From Robiginitomaculum sp. (lineage in GTDB: Bacteria > Pseudomonadota > Alphaproteobacteria > Caulobacterales > Maricaulaceae): 64,000 nucleotides of DNA. The position numbers were made by a program, and so were the translations under genes. The notes beneath the pieces are model-generated. The model was not told the DNA's origin and searched no databases. It saw only the letters and a list, made by a program, of their open reading frames with translations. Location: contig NVXG01000033.1 of NCBI GenBank assembly GCA_002733805.1, positions 3,666-67,665 on the forward strand. The letters are read 5' to 3'. Positions 39,045 through 49,274 of this stretch are shown piece by piece. Each line of letters opens with the position of its first letter. Position 1 is the first letter of the stretch.

Positions 39045-39497
39045 TCAGTTCAAAATTGCCGAGGTCCACAAGGGAATTCGAGACGAACACCACTGATTTG
39101 TTTTGCGAAACCCGGCAAGTACCGAGCTAGCATTAGCCGGTTCAGGCACGCGGGCTGTGGTCACGCTTTGCATGAGCAGGCGAAGGGTTCGGGCTTGTTC
39201 CGGCTGGGGAAAGGCAATGGCAAACCCACCTTCGATACAGGCTTGAAAGCGCGGCGGCAGCAGACGATCGAGGCGCTGATATTCGGCATCGCTTAAGGGC
39301 AATTGTTGACGGCGAATGGCCCGGTTGCTTTTGGAAAAACTGATTGAGGTATAAATAGCTGCCGCTGCAATCAGGTCGCGTTGCCTTGTATCCATACCTG
39401 CACCATGACTGGCCGGGACCAACAAAACTGCCATGACTAATGCAAGGCTGCCTTGGATGCAGGTTCGGATTATACGGGTTTTCATAAAAATGGTCAT
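39045..39497 (-). CDS. secreted hypothetical protein
   Basis: In-frame ATG at track codon 15 gives MTIFMKTRIIRTCIQGSLALVMAVLLVPASHG (signal-like). ATGA overlap with the DUF167 stop suggests an operon. No family recognised. Confidence 0.5.
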   Translation of the reverse strand: MTIFMKTRIIRTCIQGSLALVMAVLLVPASHGAGMDTRQRDLIAAAAIYTSISFSKSNRAIRRQQLPLSDAEYQRLDRLLPPRFQACIEGGFAIAFPQPEQARTLRLLMQSVTTARVPEPANASSVLAGFRKTNQWCSSRIPLWTSAILN

Positions 39498-39829
39498 GCT
39501 TGTTCCTTTGCCAGCAGAGCTTGCAATTGGTCTTGGCAAGCTTGGTCAGCTTGTTGGATGCACAGGGTTTTGTAGCGGCTGGTTTGCCCGCGCAGTATCG
39601 AGATGGTCGATTTTGGTTGCCCCAGCTTTTTGGCCAATAACAGGATTACCGCCTTGTTGGCTTTGCCATCATCGGGGGATTGGTTCACCTTGATGCACAG
39701 ACTTTGGTTTTGGTCAGCATCCAGCCAGCCGCCACCCAGTCCGATTTGGCGTGCGCCGGGTGTGACTTTCACCCGCAAAAATAAATCTTCGCCTTTTCGG
39801 GTAATGGCTGCAGTTGGACTGCCCGCCAT
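39494..39829 (-). CDS. DUF167 (YggU) family protein
   Basis: 111 aa with LFLRVKVTPGAR...IKVNQSPDDGKANKAVILLLAKKLG. It follows yggT, as in many proteobacteria. Confidence 0.8.
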   Translation of the reverse strand: MAGSPTAAITRKGEDLFLRVKVTPGARQIGLGGGWLDADQNQSLCIKVNQSPDDGKANKAVILLLAKKLGQPKSTISILRGQTSRYKTLCIQQADQACQDQLQALLAKEQA

Positions 39830-40140
39830 CAGAACAGACGCAAAGTTCCAAATACCAATCCCGGCAGCAGCCAGTCCCGTACGAAATACAAGGCCAGCAG
39901 TAGAATAATTGGTGAAAAATCCATACCGCCCATCGGGGGCAGCATCCGGCGAATGGGTGCGACCAACGGCTCGGTCAGCGCCCCGGAGATTTGCCAGACT
40001 GCGGCAACAAAGCGATTGTGCAGATTAATGATATTAAACGAGATCAACCAGGACATGATCACCCGGATAAAAATAACCAGAATCAGCAAAGAAAGAACCG
40101 GTTGTAAAAAGTAGACATAGAGCGCTTGGAACAAGGACAT
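39829..40140 (-). CDS. yggT: YggT family membrane protein
   Basis: In-frame ATG at track codon 22 gives MSLFQALYVYFLQPVLSLLILVIFIRVIMSWL. Motif PIRRMLPPMGGMDFSPIILLL. Confidence 0.8.
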   Translation of the reverse strand: MSLFQALYVYFLQPVLSLLILVIFIRVIMSWLISFNIINLHNRFVAAVWQISGALTEPLVAPIRRMLPPMGGMDFSPIILLLALYFVRDWLLPGLVFGTLRLF

Positions 40141-40247
40141 CAGTTTTTCCTGATTGTTGGCAGAAGGGAGGCGCAACCTAGCGGCTTGCTGGGAGCGGGC
40201 CAAGCATTACTCTGTTAATTCTTCGATCAAAAGCCAAGGAACACAAA

Positions 40248-40433
40248 ATGAGTAAACTCAACCTCGATGATTGTCTGAACAGTCATTGCCCGTGGTCGGG
40301 TGACCCGGTTCGTGAAGAGGGCTTGGTCTTGTACCACGGCAACGTGGTCGGGTTTTGTAATCCGGGATGCCGGGAAAAGTTTGAGCGAGCTACAAACCTG
40401 TTTGATGCGGTGATCGGGCGAAGTGAGGATTGA
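40248..40433 (+). CDS. small 4-Cys TRASH/YHS-like metal-binding protein
   Basis: 61 aa. The pattern CLNSHCPWSGDPV...YHGNVVGFCNPGCREKFE fits C-x4-C ... FC-x3-C-x2-F of TRASH/YHS-type domains. Confidence 0.5.
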   Translation: MSKLNLDDCLNSHCPWSGDPVREEGLVLYHGNVVGFCNPGCREKFERATNLFDAVIGRSED

Positions 40434-40531
40434 ACCCGGTTACCGGGCGGCGCTCGGGTTCCATCAACAGGGCAGGTTGAACCTGAGCGATCAATCACTA
40501 TTTGCAATTGGTGATGCAAAGGCGGGCTAAA

Positions 40532-41935
40532 ATGACAGAGCAAGTAACAAAACTATTTTCTCTATCAGCAGATGGCCCGGAAATGGCTGCGGCATTGCGC
40601 TTGTTGGTCGGGTTTCAGCAAGAACTCAAAACGGGCCATATTGCCCCAAAATGGTCTTTGGAAGAAACCCGTCGCGCCATTGAGCAACTTGACCTGTCTG
40701 CGCCGGTCGGGACTGAAGCAGCGTTGGGTGAAACTTCCCATTTGATGGAAAATGGCGATCTGCTCAGCGCCAGCGCCCGGTGCTTTGGCTATTTCAACCC
40801 AACCGCCGCCGGTCCTGCCATTTTGGGAGACCTGCTAGCGGCGGCGCGCAATCCGCAATTGGCGGTGATCAGTCACGCCCCGGCTTCGGCTTTGATCGAG
40901 CGGCGGGTTCTGGGGTTTCTGTGTGAGCAAGCCGGGTGGCCCGCAACATCTGGTGGTCACTTTACCTCTGGTGGTTCCGAAGCCAATGCCACGGCATTGC
41001 AACTGGCCCTAAACCGGGCCAACGCAGATTATGGCCAATTGGGTATCGCCGCATTTGACGGCCCGCCCGTTTTGTATGCTTCGGCCGACAGTCATTTGGC
41101 TTGGATTAAAATTGCCCGCTCGGCCGGGTTGGGCACTGATGCCGTGCGCTTGGTGCCCGCTGAAGTCGGGCGGATGCAGATACCGGAATTGTGTTCCATG
41201 ATCGAAATGGACGCCAAGGCTGGCCGCATTGCGGTGATGATTGCCGCAACGGCAGGTACGACCAATGCCGGTGAAATTGATCCGTTATCTGAATGCGCCG
41301 AAATAGCAGCGCAGTTTGATGTGCATTTTCATGTGGATGCAGCTTGGGCCGGAGCGTTGATACTGGACCCGTCGCGCCGGTCTTTGCTGTCTGGTATTGA
41401 CCGGGCTGACAGCCTGACAATTGATGCCCATAAATGGATGTCGGCGCCGATGGGTGCCGGGATTATAATGATCAGGCAACCAGAGCTGGCCGGGCAAAGC
41501 TATTCCGTAGCAACGGGGTATATGCCGGCGGGTGACGGGCAAGACCCGTATATTACCACCAATCAATGGTCCCGGCGTTTTATTGGAATTCGGTTGTGGA
41601 TGATGTTGCGATCCATCGGGATCGAAGGATACCAAAAACTGTTCGACCATCATTTTGCGATGGCTGCTTTGCTGCGTGAGAAATTAACGGCTGCGGGCTG
41701 GACCTTGCACAATCATACGGGATTACCGGTGATCTTGTTCTCTGATCCGGGAGATAATCTGGACAGCCAGAAAATTGCTGACCGAATTGAACAAAGGGGC
41801 AAGGTGTGGCTCGGCCGCGTGGATTTTGATGGTAAATCCTGTCTGCGCGCTTGTTTGACCAGTTATCTGACCGGGCCGGAAGATATTGATTTGCTGCTGG
41901 CTGAGTTATCCTTGGTGCATGAAGAGCTTCGCTAA
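40532..41935 (+). CDS. group II pyridoxal-phosphate-dependent decarboxylase family protein
   Basis: PLP-lysine context SLTIDAHKWMSAPMGAG, plus HVDAAWAG and SGGSEANATAL. Start is uncertain (ATG at 40514 or 40532; track TTG at 40502). Confidence 0.8.
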   Translation: MTEQVTKLFSLSADGPEMAAALRLLVGFQQELKTGHIAPKWSLEETRRAIEQLDLSAPVGTEAALGETSHLMENGDLLSASARCFGYFNPTAAGPAILGDLLAAARNPQLAVISHAPASALIERRVLGFLCEQAGWPATSGGHFTSGGSEANATALQLALNRANADYGQLGIAAFDGPPVLYASADSHLAWIKIARSAGLGTDAVRLVPAEVGRMQIPELCSMIEMDAKAGRIAVMIAATAGTTNAGEIDPLSECAEIAAQFDVHFHVDAAWAGALILDPSRRSLLSGIDRADSLTIDAHKWMSAPMGAGIIMIRQPELAGQSYSVATGYMPAGDGQDPYITTNQWSRRFIGIRLWMMLRSIGIEGYQKLFDHHFAMAALLREKLTAAGWTLHNHTGLPVILFSDPGDNLDSQKIADRIEQRGKVWLGRVDFDGKSCLRACLTSYLTGPEDIDLLLAELSLVHEELR

Positions 41936-42552
41936 TTGCGGCGTAGCAATACGCAAAAATTATTGGCAGGCATTTTGATCAGTTGATCAAATTCAAATCC
42001 TGCGTTGCTTGCCATGTTTTTAACGAGGGGAAGCGGGCGCACCCCCCAGGCCGGATTGCGCCGTTTCAAGTCTTGATCAAAATCCAGATTGGAAGGGGCG
42101 TCTTTCTGGCCGGTTTGCAGAAATGGGCCATAGAGCAACAGCAAGCCATTTTCAGGCAGACGTTTGGCGGCACCGGCGAACAAACCTATTGCTGCCTCAA
42201 TCGGCGCAATATGGATCATGTTGGCGCACAAAATGGCTGCCAGTTGTGTGGGAAGACCGCTTAAGGGTTTTCCGGCCATCCAGTTGGGATCGGTGGTGTC
42301 CAGTAAAACTGGCGGGTGGATATTACCAAGTTTGGTTTCGGCTATCCACGCGGCAATGCTTTGCACATGGGCCGGGTCAGGGTCGCTGGGCCAAAACTGG
42401 TTATCCGGTAAATGGCTTGCGAAATGCACCACATGCTGGCCGGACCCGGAAGCAACTTCCAGCACATCGCCGCCGGGCAGGTGTTGTCGCAACACGTTCA
42501 AGATCGGCTCTGCATTGCGCCCAGTTGCCGGAAAATCAAGTTTGTCGCTCAT
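41932..42552 (-). CDS. DUF938 family SAM-dependent methyltransferase
   Basis: 206 aa. ATGRNAEPILNVLRQHLP...VLEVASGSGQHVVHFA is typical of DUF938. Confidence 0.8.
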   Translation of the reverse strand: MSDKLDFPATGRNAEPILNVLRQHLPGGDVLEVASGSGQHVVHFASHLPDNQFWPSDPDPAHVQSIAAWIAETKLGNIHPPVLLDTTDPNWMAGKPLSGLPTQLAAILCANMIHIAPIEAAIGLFAGAAKRLPENGLLLLYGPFLQTGQKDAPSNLDFDQDLKRRNPAWGVRPLPLVKNMASNAGFEFDQLIKMPANNFCVLLRRN

Positions 42553-42662
42553 AGGTTTTGTACCTCCTATCGGTGCCTCGATTAAACTTTTGTAACAAGC
42601 TGGGCAAGGGCTGGTGTTTGTTTGCGTGAATTGCGAGCATCCTTCCCTTAGGGGATAATTTT

Positions 42663-43544
42663 ATGAACACAATGAACAAAAACAAATCAGGTCTGTGGGC
42701 TGGTCTCGCTGCTATATTGTTGATGGGCTGCGCGCCCGCTACCGAAACGGCAATGAAAGAAAGCAAAGGGCCACCATCTTTAAGCACGATTTGGACAACC
42801 ACCGGGTTTGAACACCCGGAAAGTGTGTTGTTAAGCGCGGATAGGAGCTGGCTTTATGTGTCGAACATTGTAGGCGAAGGCACCGAGCGCGATGGCAATG
42901 GCCATATTGCCCGGGTCTCAAAGCAAGGCGAAATTCTGCAAGCCAAATGGGCAGTTGGGATGGATGCTCCAAAAGGAATGGCCCTAAATGGTGATAAACT
43001 ATATGTTTCGGACATTGATAAACTGATCGAGATCGACACCAATACCGGTGCCGTTTTGCAAACCATTGTGGCGGCAGGCGCTGAATTTTTGAACGATGTG
43101 GCGTTTGTACCGGGTTTGGGCGTGCTGGTCTCGGACTCAGGCACCCAAAGTCTGTATCTGTATGATGGCAATACCCTATCGGTCTGGTTGCAGCATGATT
43201 TGCTGGCTGGAATTAACGGGCTGCATGTGGATGGAAAACGGGTTTTGATTGCCACCATGCGGGCCGGACAATTATTGTCGCTGGACGTGCAGAGCAAAAT
43301 TTTAAGCGTTTTGGGTGATGGAATGGAAGATGCCGACGGCATCAAAATCCTTGTGGATGGCTCTTACATTATTTCCAGTTGGCCGGGGCAGATTTATCAT
43401 GTGTCGAACGAGGGCGAGACCATCTTGTTACAGGACACCGCTCAAGCCAAAATCTACATGAATGATTTCGAGTTGGAAGGCCGCACGCTTTACATGGCAA
43501 ACTTTGAACCGGGCACGGTGCAGGCTATTTCCGTCGACTGGTGA
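42663..43544 (+). CDS. beta-propeller lipoprotein (SMP-30/gluconolactonase/LRE-like fold, tentative)
   Basis: 293 aa with lipobox AILLMGCAP. Repeated blade-like segments (HPESVL..LYVSN, PKGMAL..LYVSD, LNDVAF, INGLHV, ADGIKI). Confidence 0.6.
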   Translation: MNTMNKNKSGLWAGLAAILLMGCAPATETAMKESKGPPSLSTIWTTTGFEHPESVLLSADRSWLYVSNIVGEGTERDGNGHIARVSKQGEILQAKWAVGMDAPKGMALNGDKLYVSDIDKLIEIDTNTGAVLQTIVAAGAEFLNDVAFVPGLGVLVSDSGTQSLYLYDGNTLSVWLQHDLLAGINGLHVDGKRVLIATMRAGQLLSLDVQSKILSVLGDGMEDADGIKILVDGSYIISSWPGQIYHVSNEGETILLQDTAQAKIYMNDFELEGRTLYMANFEPGTVQAISVDW

Positions 43545-43642
43545 AGCATTTCGCCCTTTACCTTGTGTAATCGCCGCAGGCAGTTATACCAAAACCAACA
43601 ACTTTTTCGACGTCGAATGACGCGGACACAAAGGGGAATGGA

Positions 43643-44866
43643 ATGCTGATCAGTATTTTGGGGATGGCGGTATTGTTGGCTCTGGCGGCTTTGCTGTCAG
43701 ACAATCGCAAAAAGATCAATTTGCGCGTGGTCGGTGCCGCTTTTGCCTTGCAAGCCGCCATTGCGGTTTTTGTGTTGGCCACCCCGTTTGGCAAGGATGT
43801 CCTGCAGAGCATTTCAAACGGCGCCCAAGTGATTATTGATTATGCCGATACGGGTAGCGCCTTTGTGTTTGGCGGCCTGCATGACAATGCGAGCCTTGGC
43901 TTTGTTTTTGCGGTCAAAGTATTGCCCATCATCATTTTTGTGTCGGCGCTCACCTCGGTCCTCTATTATCTGGGTATCATGCAATGGGTGGTTAAAATCC
44001 TTGGCGGTTTTTTGCGCGCAGTGATCGGCACCTCTCCGGTCGAGAGCTTGAATGCAGCGGGCAATATCTTTTTGGGGCAAACGGAATCTCCGCTTTTGGT
44101 CAAACCCTATCTGGCAAAACTGACCAACCATCAATTGTTCACCGTTATGGTATCGGGTCTGGCCTCGGTTTCGGGGGCGATTCTGGTTGGTTATGCCTCG
44201 CTTGGCGTGGAGCTGAAATACTTAATTGCTGCCTCGTTTATGGCGGCACCGGGTGGCTTGTTAATGGCCAAGATCATCATGCCAGACCCGAACAAGGATG
44301 CGGCCAAATCTGCGGCTGAACCCGAAGAGGTGGCCAAGGATGACCTGCCGGTCAATGTGGTCGATGCCGCAGCTTCCGGTGCAGCGCAAGGTTTGCTTTT
44401 GGCCGCGAATATCGGGGCGATGCTGATCGCCTTTGTGGCGTTGATTGGCATGTTAAATGGCGGGGTTGGTGGCATTGGTCATTTGTTGGGGCAAGATGGT
44501 TGGTCGCTGGACGCATTTTTAGGCTGGGTGTTTTCACCTTTGATGTGGACCATGGGTATTCCATGGGAAGAAGCTAGCATTGCCGGTAATTTGATCGGGC
44601 AGAAGTTTATCCTGAATGAGTTCGTGGCCTACGCAAACTTGCAGCCACTGATCGCTTCTTTAAGCCCGCATACGGTTGTGGTGGTAACCTTTGCCCTTTG
44701 CGGGTTTGCTAATTTGGCCTCTATGGCGATTTTGCTGGGCGGCTTGGGTGGGTTGATCCCGTCGCGTCGCAAAGACATTGCCCGGTTGGGCTTAAAGGCC
44801 GTGGCGGCTGGATCATTATCGAATTTGATGAGTGCGACCTTGGCCTCCCTGTTGGTGGTCGTGTAG
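43643..44866 (+). CDS. nupC: NupC/NupG (CNT) family nucleoside transporter
   Basis: 407 aa. N-terminal LSDNRKKINLR, GNIFLGQTESPLLVKPYL and NEFVAY motifs of CNT transporters. Confidence 0.9.
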   Translation: MLISILGMAVLLALAALLSDNRKKINLRVVGAAFALQAAIAVFVLATPFGKDVLQSISNGAQVIIDYADTGSAFVFGGLHDNASLGFVFAVKVLPIIIFVSALTSVLYYLGIMQWVVKILGGFLRAVIGTSPVESLNAAGNIFLGQTESPLLVKPYLAKLTNHQLFTVMVSGLASVSGAILVGYASLGVELKYLIAASFMAAPGGLLMAKIIMPDPNKDAAKSAAEPEEVAKDDLPVNVVDAAASGAAQGLLLAANIGAMLIAFVALIGMLNGGVGGIGHLLGQDGWSLDAFLGWVFSPLMWTMGIPWEEASIAGNLIGQKFILNEFVAYANLQPLIASLSPHTVVVVTFALCGFANLASMAILLGGLGGLIPSRRKDIARLGLKAVAAGSLSNLMSATLASLLVVV

Positions 44867-44869
44867 CGC

Positions 44870-46309
44870 ATGGTCAAACAAATTGGGTTGATCGCCGGAC
44901 CTCTGGTTCTGGTGGGCATGTTGTTGGCCGGTCCACCCGGTGAGGTTCCTGTTGTGGCGTGGCGCATGGCGGCCATTGCTAGTTTTATGGCGATCTGGTG
45001 GGGAACCGAAGCCTTGCCGCCGTTTGCCACGGCCTTGGTTCCACTGATCGCATTTCCATTTTTGGGCATACTGAGTTTTGCCGAAACGGCGGTTCCATTT
45101 TCGCACCCGTTGATCTTTTTGTTCCTCGGCGGATTTTTGTTGGCGTTGGCGGTTGAAAAATGGGACCTGCATCAACGCATTGCCTTGCATGTATTGCTGG
45201 TCATGGGGGTTCGGGCCAAGGCTTTGGTGTTTGGCTTTATGCTGACCACTGCTTTGCTTTCCATGTGGATGACCAATACGGCGACCAGTCTGATGATGTT
45301 GCCGATTGCGGTTTCCATCCTGTCAGTGGTCTTTTCGCAGGGCGGAGCTAAGATTTCAGATCAGGAACAACATAATTTTCGAATTTTACTACCCCTGTCC
45401 GTGGCTTATGGCGCAACCATTGGCGGCATGGCCACCTTGATCGGAACGCCGCCCAACGCTTTTTTAGCGGCCTATATGGCTGAAGCCCACGGCATTGAAA
45501 TTGATTTTGCCAGTTGGCTGATGGTTGGACTACCCATTGCGGCGATCCTATTGCCCATGGCGTGGTGGGTGTTAACGCGGTTTGTCTATCCGGTCAGTTT
45601 TTCAGCCGGGCAACAGGCTGCGGCTCATTTTGACAGCAGTCTTAAAAAACTGGGTAAATTATCCCAACCTGAAATGCGGGTCGGGATCATCTTTGTGGCT
45701 GTGGCATTGGGTTGGGCGTTTCGAAAGCCGCTGATCGAGATCACCGGAATTGATGCTTTGACCGATTCCGCTTTGGCTCTGTCGGGCGCTTTATTGTTGT
45801 TCATCCTGCCTTCTGGTCAGGCGCGCGGGGAAAAACTGGCGGATGCGGCTGTTCTGGCCAAAGTACCATTTGGTGTATTGCTATTGTTTGGTGGCGGTTT
45901 GGCGCTGGCCAAGGGCATATCGGTAAGTGGGCTGGCCGAAGTGTTGGGCGGGTTGTTGGCCGGGGCCGGGGCGATCAACGCCATTGTACTGGTGTTGGCC
46001 ACTACGGCCATGGTGATTTTCTTAACCGAGTTGACCAGCAATCTGGCCACGACCGCTACGTTTCTGCCAATTGTCAGCGCAGTTGGTATTGATGCCGGAT
46101 TATCGCCGTTGCTGTTGGCGGTGCCGGTTGCTTTGGCGGCCAGTTGTGCCTTCATGTTGCCGATTGCCACACCGCCTAATGCGATCTGCTTTGGATCGGG
46201 TCTGGTCAGTTTGCAGCAAATGGCCAAAGCCGGGTTTTGGCTGAATATAATCGGAATTGTTTTGTTATCGCTGGTTTCGGTTTTCTGGGTGCCGGTTATT
46301 TTTGCCTGA
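44870..46309 (+). CDS. SLC13/DASS family anion:sodium symporter
   Basis: 479 aa, polytopic. MWMTNTATSLMMLPIA and LPIATPPNA hairpin motifs of the DASS family. Confidence 0.85.
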   Translation: MVKQIGLIAGPLVLVGMLLAGPPGEVPVVAWRMAAIASFMAIWWGTEALPPFATALVPLIAFPFLGILSFAETAVPFSHPLIFLFLGGFLLALAVEKWDLHQRIALHVLLVMGVRAKALVFGFMLTTALLSMWMTNTATSLMMLPIAVSILSVVFSQGGAKISDQEQHNFRILLPLSVAYGATIGGMATLIGTPPNAFLAAYMAEAHGIEIDFASWLMVGLPIAAILLPMAWWVLTRFVYPVSFSAGQQAAAHFDSSLKKLGKLSQPEMRVGIIFVAVALGWAFRKPLIEITGIDALTDSALALSGALLLFILPSGQARGEKLADAAVLAKVPFGVLLLFGGGLALAKGISVSGLAEVLGGLLAGAGAINAIVLVLATTAMVIFLTELTSNLATTATFLPIVSAVGIDAGLSPLLLAVPVALAASCAFMLPIATPPNAICFGSGLVSLQQMAKAGFWLNIIGIVLLSLVSVFWVPVIFA

Positions 46310-46371
46310 ACCTTTACGATCCACCGGAGATTGCGGTAGAATTTTTCAAAATAACAGGGGAATTAGACGAA

Positions 46372-48063
46372 ATGGCATTTTTTGAACTGATCGAAGCGTT
46401 TATTGCCGGGGCAACAGCGCCAGGAGCTGAACTTGCCACTTCGCGCAAACAGGTTGGTGAATACGAATATACCGTATTTGATGGAGCCCCGGATTCGTTA
46501 CGCGATATGTTCCAGATGATGCTGCAACACGGTGAACTGCCATTTATCGTTGAAGACGGCACCCACTATTCTTTTAACGAGATGTATACGCGCTCCTGTC
46601 GGTTGGCCCATGGGCTGGTTGGCCTTGGCGTGAAAAAAGGCGATCGGGTCGGCATATTCATGCGAAATCGCACCGAATGGGTCGTATCCTTTATCGGCGC
46701 GTGCATGGCCGGCGCTGTAGTTACGCCGCTGAACTCTTGGTGGGGTCCGGATGAAGTGTCTTACGCGCTGGATGATAGCGGCATAAAAGTGCTGATTGCT
46801 GATCCGCGCCGGGCGGTTCATGTGGATGCCATGAAAAATCCGCCAGCGGGTCTGGCCAAGATTATTTGTTGCGATGGCAATGGCGATTTTGCCGATTGGC
46901 AGGATTTTGACGGGTTGGAAAATGCCAGCAGTGCCAATACGCCGCCAGATATTGCCATTGGTCCCGAAGACGATGCCAGTCTGATGTATACCTCTGGTTC
47001 AACAGGCCATCCAAAAGGTGTGATGTCTACCAACCGAGCCGTGGTTTCCGGGGTGTTGGCCTATGCGCTGATGGGTGCGGCCCTAAAATTCTACAAGGCG
47101 GGTGGAGTCATCAAAGAGGAAGAGGGTCCGCAATTATCGATCTTGTTGCCGATCCCGTTATTTCACGTCACAGGCTGCGTAGTGATTTTTCTGGTGTCGG
47201 TCATTGCCGCTCGCAAACTGGTATTGATGCGAAAATGGGACGTGACCGATGCGATGCGACTGATTGAGGCCGAAAAGATCATGACTTTGACCGGGGTGCC
47301 GACCATGACGGCTGATCTGATGAATGCGCCCAATCGAGGTGATTTCGATCTGTCCAGCCTGACGGACCTCAGCGCCGGTGGGGCAGCCCGACCGGCCGAT
47401 CAGGTTAAATTGCTCGATGATGCATTTGAAGCTGCATCGCCGTTGGCCGGGTATGGCTTAAGCGAAACGCAGGGCGTTGGCTCCTATATTGCTGGTGATG
47501 CCTATCTTGAAAATCCGTCCAGTATTGGCAAAGCAGCGCGGCCGATTGTCGAGTTGGAAATTCGTGATCCTGAAACTGGCGCGCACATGACGACCGGTGA
47601 GCGCGGCGAAATATGGATCAAGTCGATTTGTAATTTCCGCTGTTACTGGAACCAGCCAGAGGCCACCGCCGCCGCTTTTACCGATGAATGGTTTCACACG
47701 GGCGACGTTGGAATCATTGACGAAAAAGGCTTGCTGTACATTGTGGATCGGATCAAAGACATCATCATTCGGGGCGGCGAAAACATCGCCACTCTGGAAG
47801 TGGAAAGTGCCGTTTCTGCGCTTGATGACGTGTTGGAATGTACCGTATTCGGCCTACCGCACGAGCGGTTGGGCGAAGAGGTGGTCACAGTGATCTGCCG
47901 GGTGGCAGGGTCTGGTTTAACCGCAGAACAGGTCTATGCCTCGCTAAAAGGCAAATTGGCCTCGTACAAAATCCCGACCAAGATCGTCATACAGGACGAG
48001 ACATTGGAACGCATTGCCACCGGCAAAATTGCCAAAAAGGATATTCGCGCTGCAATGCTCTAG
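46372..48063 (+). CDS. AMP-dependent acyl-CoA synthetase/ligase
   Basis: MYTSGSTGHPKGV, GYGLSET, FHTGDVG and GKIAKKD motifs. Start moved to the ATG at track codon 46 to remove overlap with the DASS gene. Confidence 0.85.
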   Translation: MAFFELIEAFIAGATAPGAELATSRKQVGEYEYTVFDGAPDSLRDMFQMMLQHGELPFIVEDGTHYSFNEMYTRSCRLAHGLVGLGVKKGDRVGIFMRNRTEWVVSFIGACMAGAVVTPLNSWWGPDEVSYALDDSGIKVLIADPRRAVHVDAMKNPPAGLAKIICCDGNGDFADWQDFDGLENASSANTPPDIAIGPEDDASLMYTSGSTGHPKGVMSTNRAVVSGVLAYALMGAALKFYKAGGVIKEEEGPQLSILLPIPLFHVTGCVVIFLVSVIAARKLVLMRKWDVTDAMRLIEAEKIMTLTGVPTMTADLMNAPNRGDFDLSSLTDLSAGGAARPADQVKLLDDAFEAASPLAGYGLSETQGVGSYIAGDAYLENPSSIGKAARPIVELEIRDPETGAHMTTGERGEIWIKSICNFRCYWNQPEATAAAFTDEWFHTGDVGIIDEKGLLYIVDRIKDIIIRGGENIATLEVESAVSALDDVLECTVFGLPHERLGEEVVTVICRVAGSGLTAEQVYASLKGKLASYKIPTKIVIQDETLERIATGKIAKKDIRAAML

Positions 48064-48074
48064 ATTTGTGGGCC

Positions 48075-48659
48075 TTACTCTTGGTGTTTGCCAGCTTTCC
48101 AACCCGGTAAATGCGTAGCAGCTAATTGGCTGGGTACGTCTTCAATTGGGGTTTCCAAAGTGTCGTTCCAACGGTTTAAAAATCCGAAGAACGAGACAAT
48201 GGCCACAATGTCGAAGATTTCATCTTCGGAATAGTGCGCCTGCAAAGCTGATTTTTCTGCCGGGCCGACCATGCCAGCGCTATGGGCCATGCACTGGGCA
48301 AACACCATGGCGGCACGTTCAGCGTCTGAGAACAACGCACTGGTTTCAAAACTGGGCAAGGCGTGCAGTTTTTCTTCTGATATTCCGGCCTTTGTTGCAG
48401 AGTGCGCCGTGTGCGCCTCGCAATAGCGACAGCCATAAGCCGCGCTGGCCGCCCACGAGATCAAGGGGTGAAGGCTGGCATCCAACACCCCACCGCTCAT
48501 CACATGCAGGCCCATTCCGGCAAATGCCTGGAGCAGTTCCGGACGGCGCGCCATGATCTTCATCGAATTGGGGACAAAACCCATTTGCGCCTCGATCATG
48601 GCGAACAAGTCTTTCATCGGCTCCAGTTGTGCAGGCGGTGTTGGGGCAAGCAGAGACAT
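48075..48659 (-). CDS. AhpD-like / carboxymuconolactone decarboxylase family peroxidase-related protein
   Basis: 194 aa with the CRYCEAHT (CxxC-type AhpD core) motif. Confidence 0.8.
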   Translation of the reverse strand: MSLLAPTPPAQLEPMKDLFAMIEAQMGFVPNSMKIMARRPELLQAFAGMGLHVMSGGVLDASLHPLISWAASAAYGCRYCEAHTAHSATKAGISEEKLHALPSFETSALFSDAERAAMVFAQCMAHSAGMVGPAEKSALQAHYSEDEIFDIVAIVSFFGFLNRWNDTLETPIEDVPSQLAATHLPGWKAGKHQE

Positions 48660-48737
48660 CGGTTTTTCCTTTTTTGACTGGTCTTGTCGGTCATTATGGG
48701 CGATTTTGTCGCAAACCTATCGCAAATGAGGTCTGAT

Positions 48738-49274
48738 ATGAACCGAAGAAATTTAATGTTGGGCGGTGGCCTGCTGGCGGTGGCCGGGCTTGGTGGTTGC
48801 AAGGTGTCCGCTTCTGGCACGGGTGCCGAGGCTCGTCTGGCTGAACTGGGCATTGTTTTGCCGGAGGCCCCAGCGCCAATTGCGACCTACGTGCCGTTTC
48901 GCCGAGTTGGAAACTTGTTATGGGTGGCGGGGCAAGGCCCGGCCTTTGGCACCAAATTTGGTCAAGGAAAACTTGGTCTTGATCTAACGGTAGAGCAAGG
49001 CCAGATCGCGGCGCGCAATACCGGGATCAACATATTGGCCCAGGTTCGCGCCGCCACTGGCTCGCTGGACCGGGTGCGCCAATGCGTAAAATTAGGTGGT
49101 TTTGTCAATTGCACCGCAGACTTTACCGACCAGCCAAAAGTGATCAATGGCGCATCAGATCTGATGGTAGAAGTGTTTGGCGAAGCAGGTAAGGCAGCCC
49201 GGTTTGCGGTTGGGGCCAATGTATTGCCATTTAACGTCTCGGTGGAAATCGAATCAGTTTGGGAGATCGTCTAA
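48738..49274 (+). CDS. RidA/YjgF family protein with Tat-like lipoprotein signal
   Basis: GAGG SD lies 6 nt before ATG 48738. Signal MNRRNLMLGGGLLAVAGLGGC (RR plus lipobox). The mature part, ARLAELGIVLPEAPAPIATYVPFRRVGNLLWVAGQG, is typical of YjgF-family proteins. Confidence 0.72.
   Translation: MNRRNLMLGGGLLAVAGLGGCKVSASGTGAEARLAELGIVLPEAPAPIATYVPFRRVGNLLWVAGQGPAFGTKFGQGKLGLDLTVEQGQIAARNTGINILAQVRAATGSLDRVRQCVKLGGFVNCTADFTDQPKVINGASDLMVEVFGEAGKAARFAVGANVLPFNVSVEIESVWEIV

Noticed and set aside
46237-46371. N-terminal 45-aa extension of the acyl-CoA ligase overlapping the DASS transporter gene
   Set aside because: The extension is hydrophobic read-through of the transporter's 3' end in another frame. 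The in-frame ATG at 46372 gives a family-typical N-terminus.
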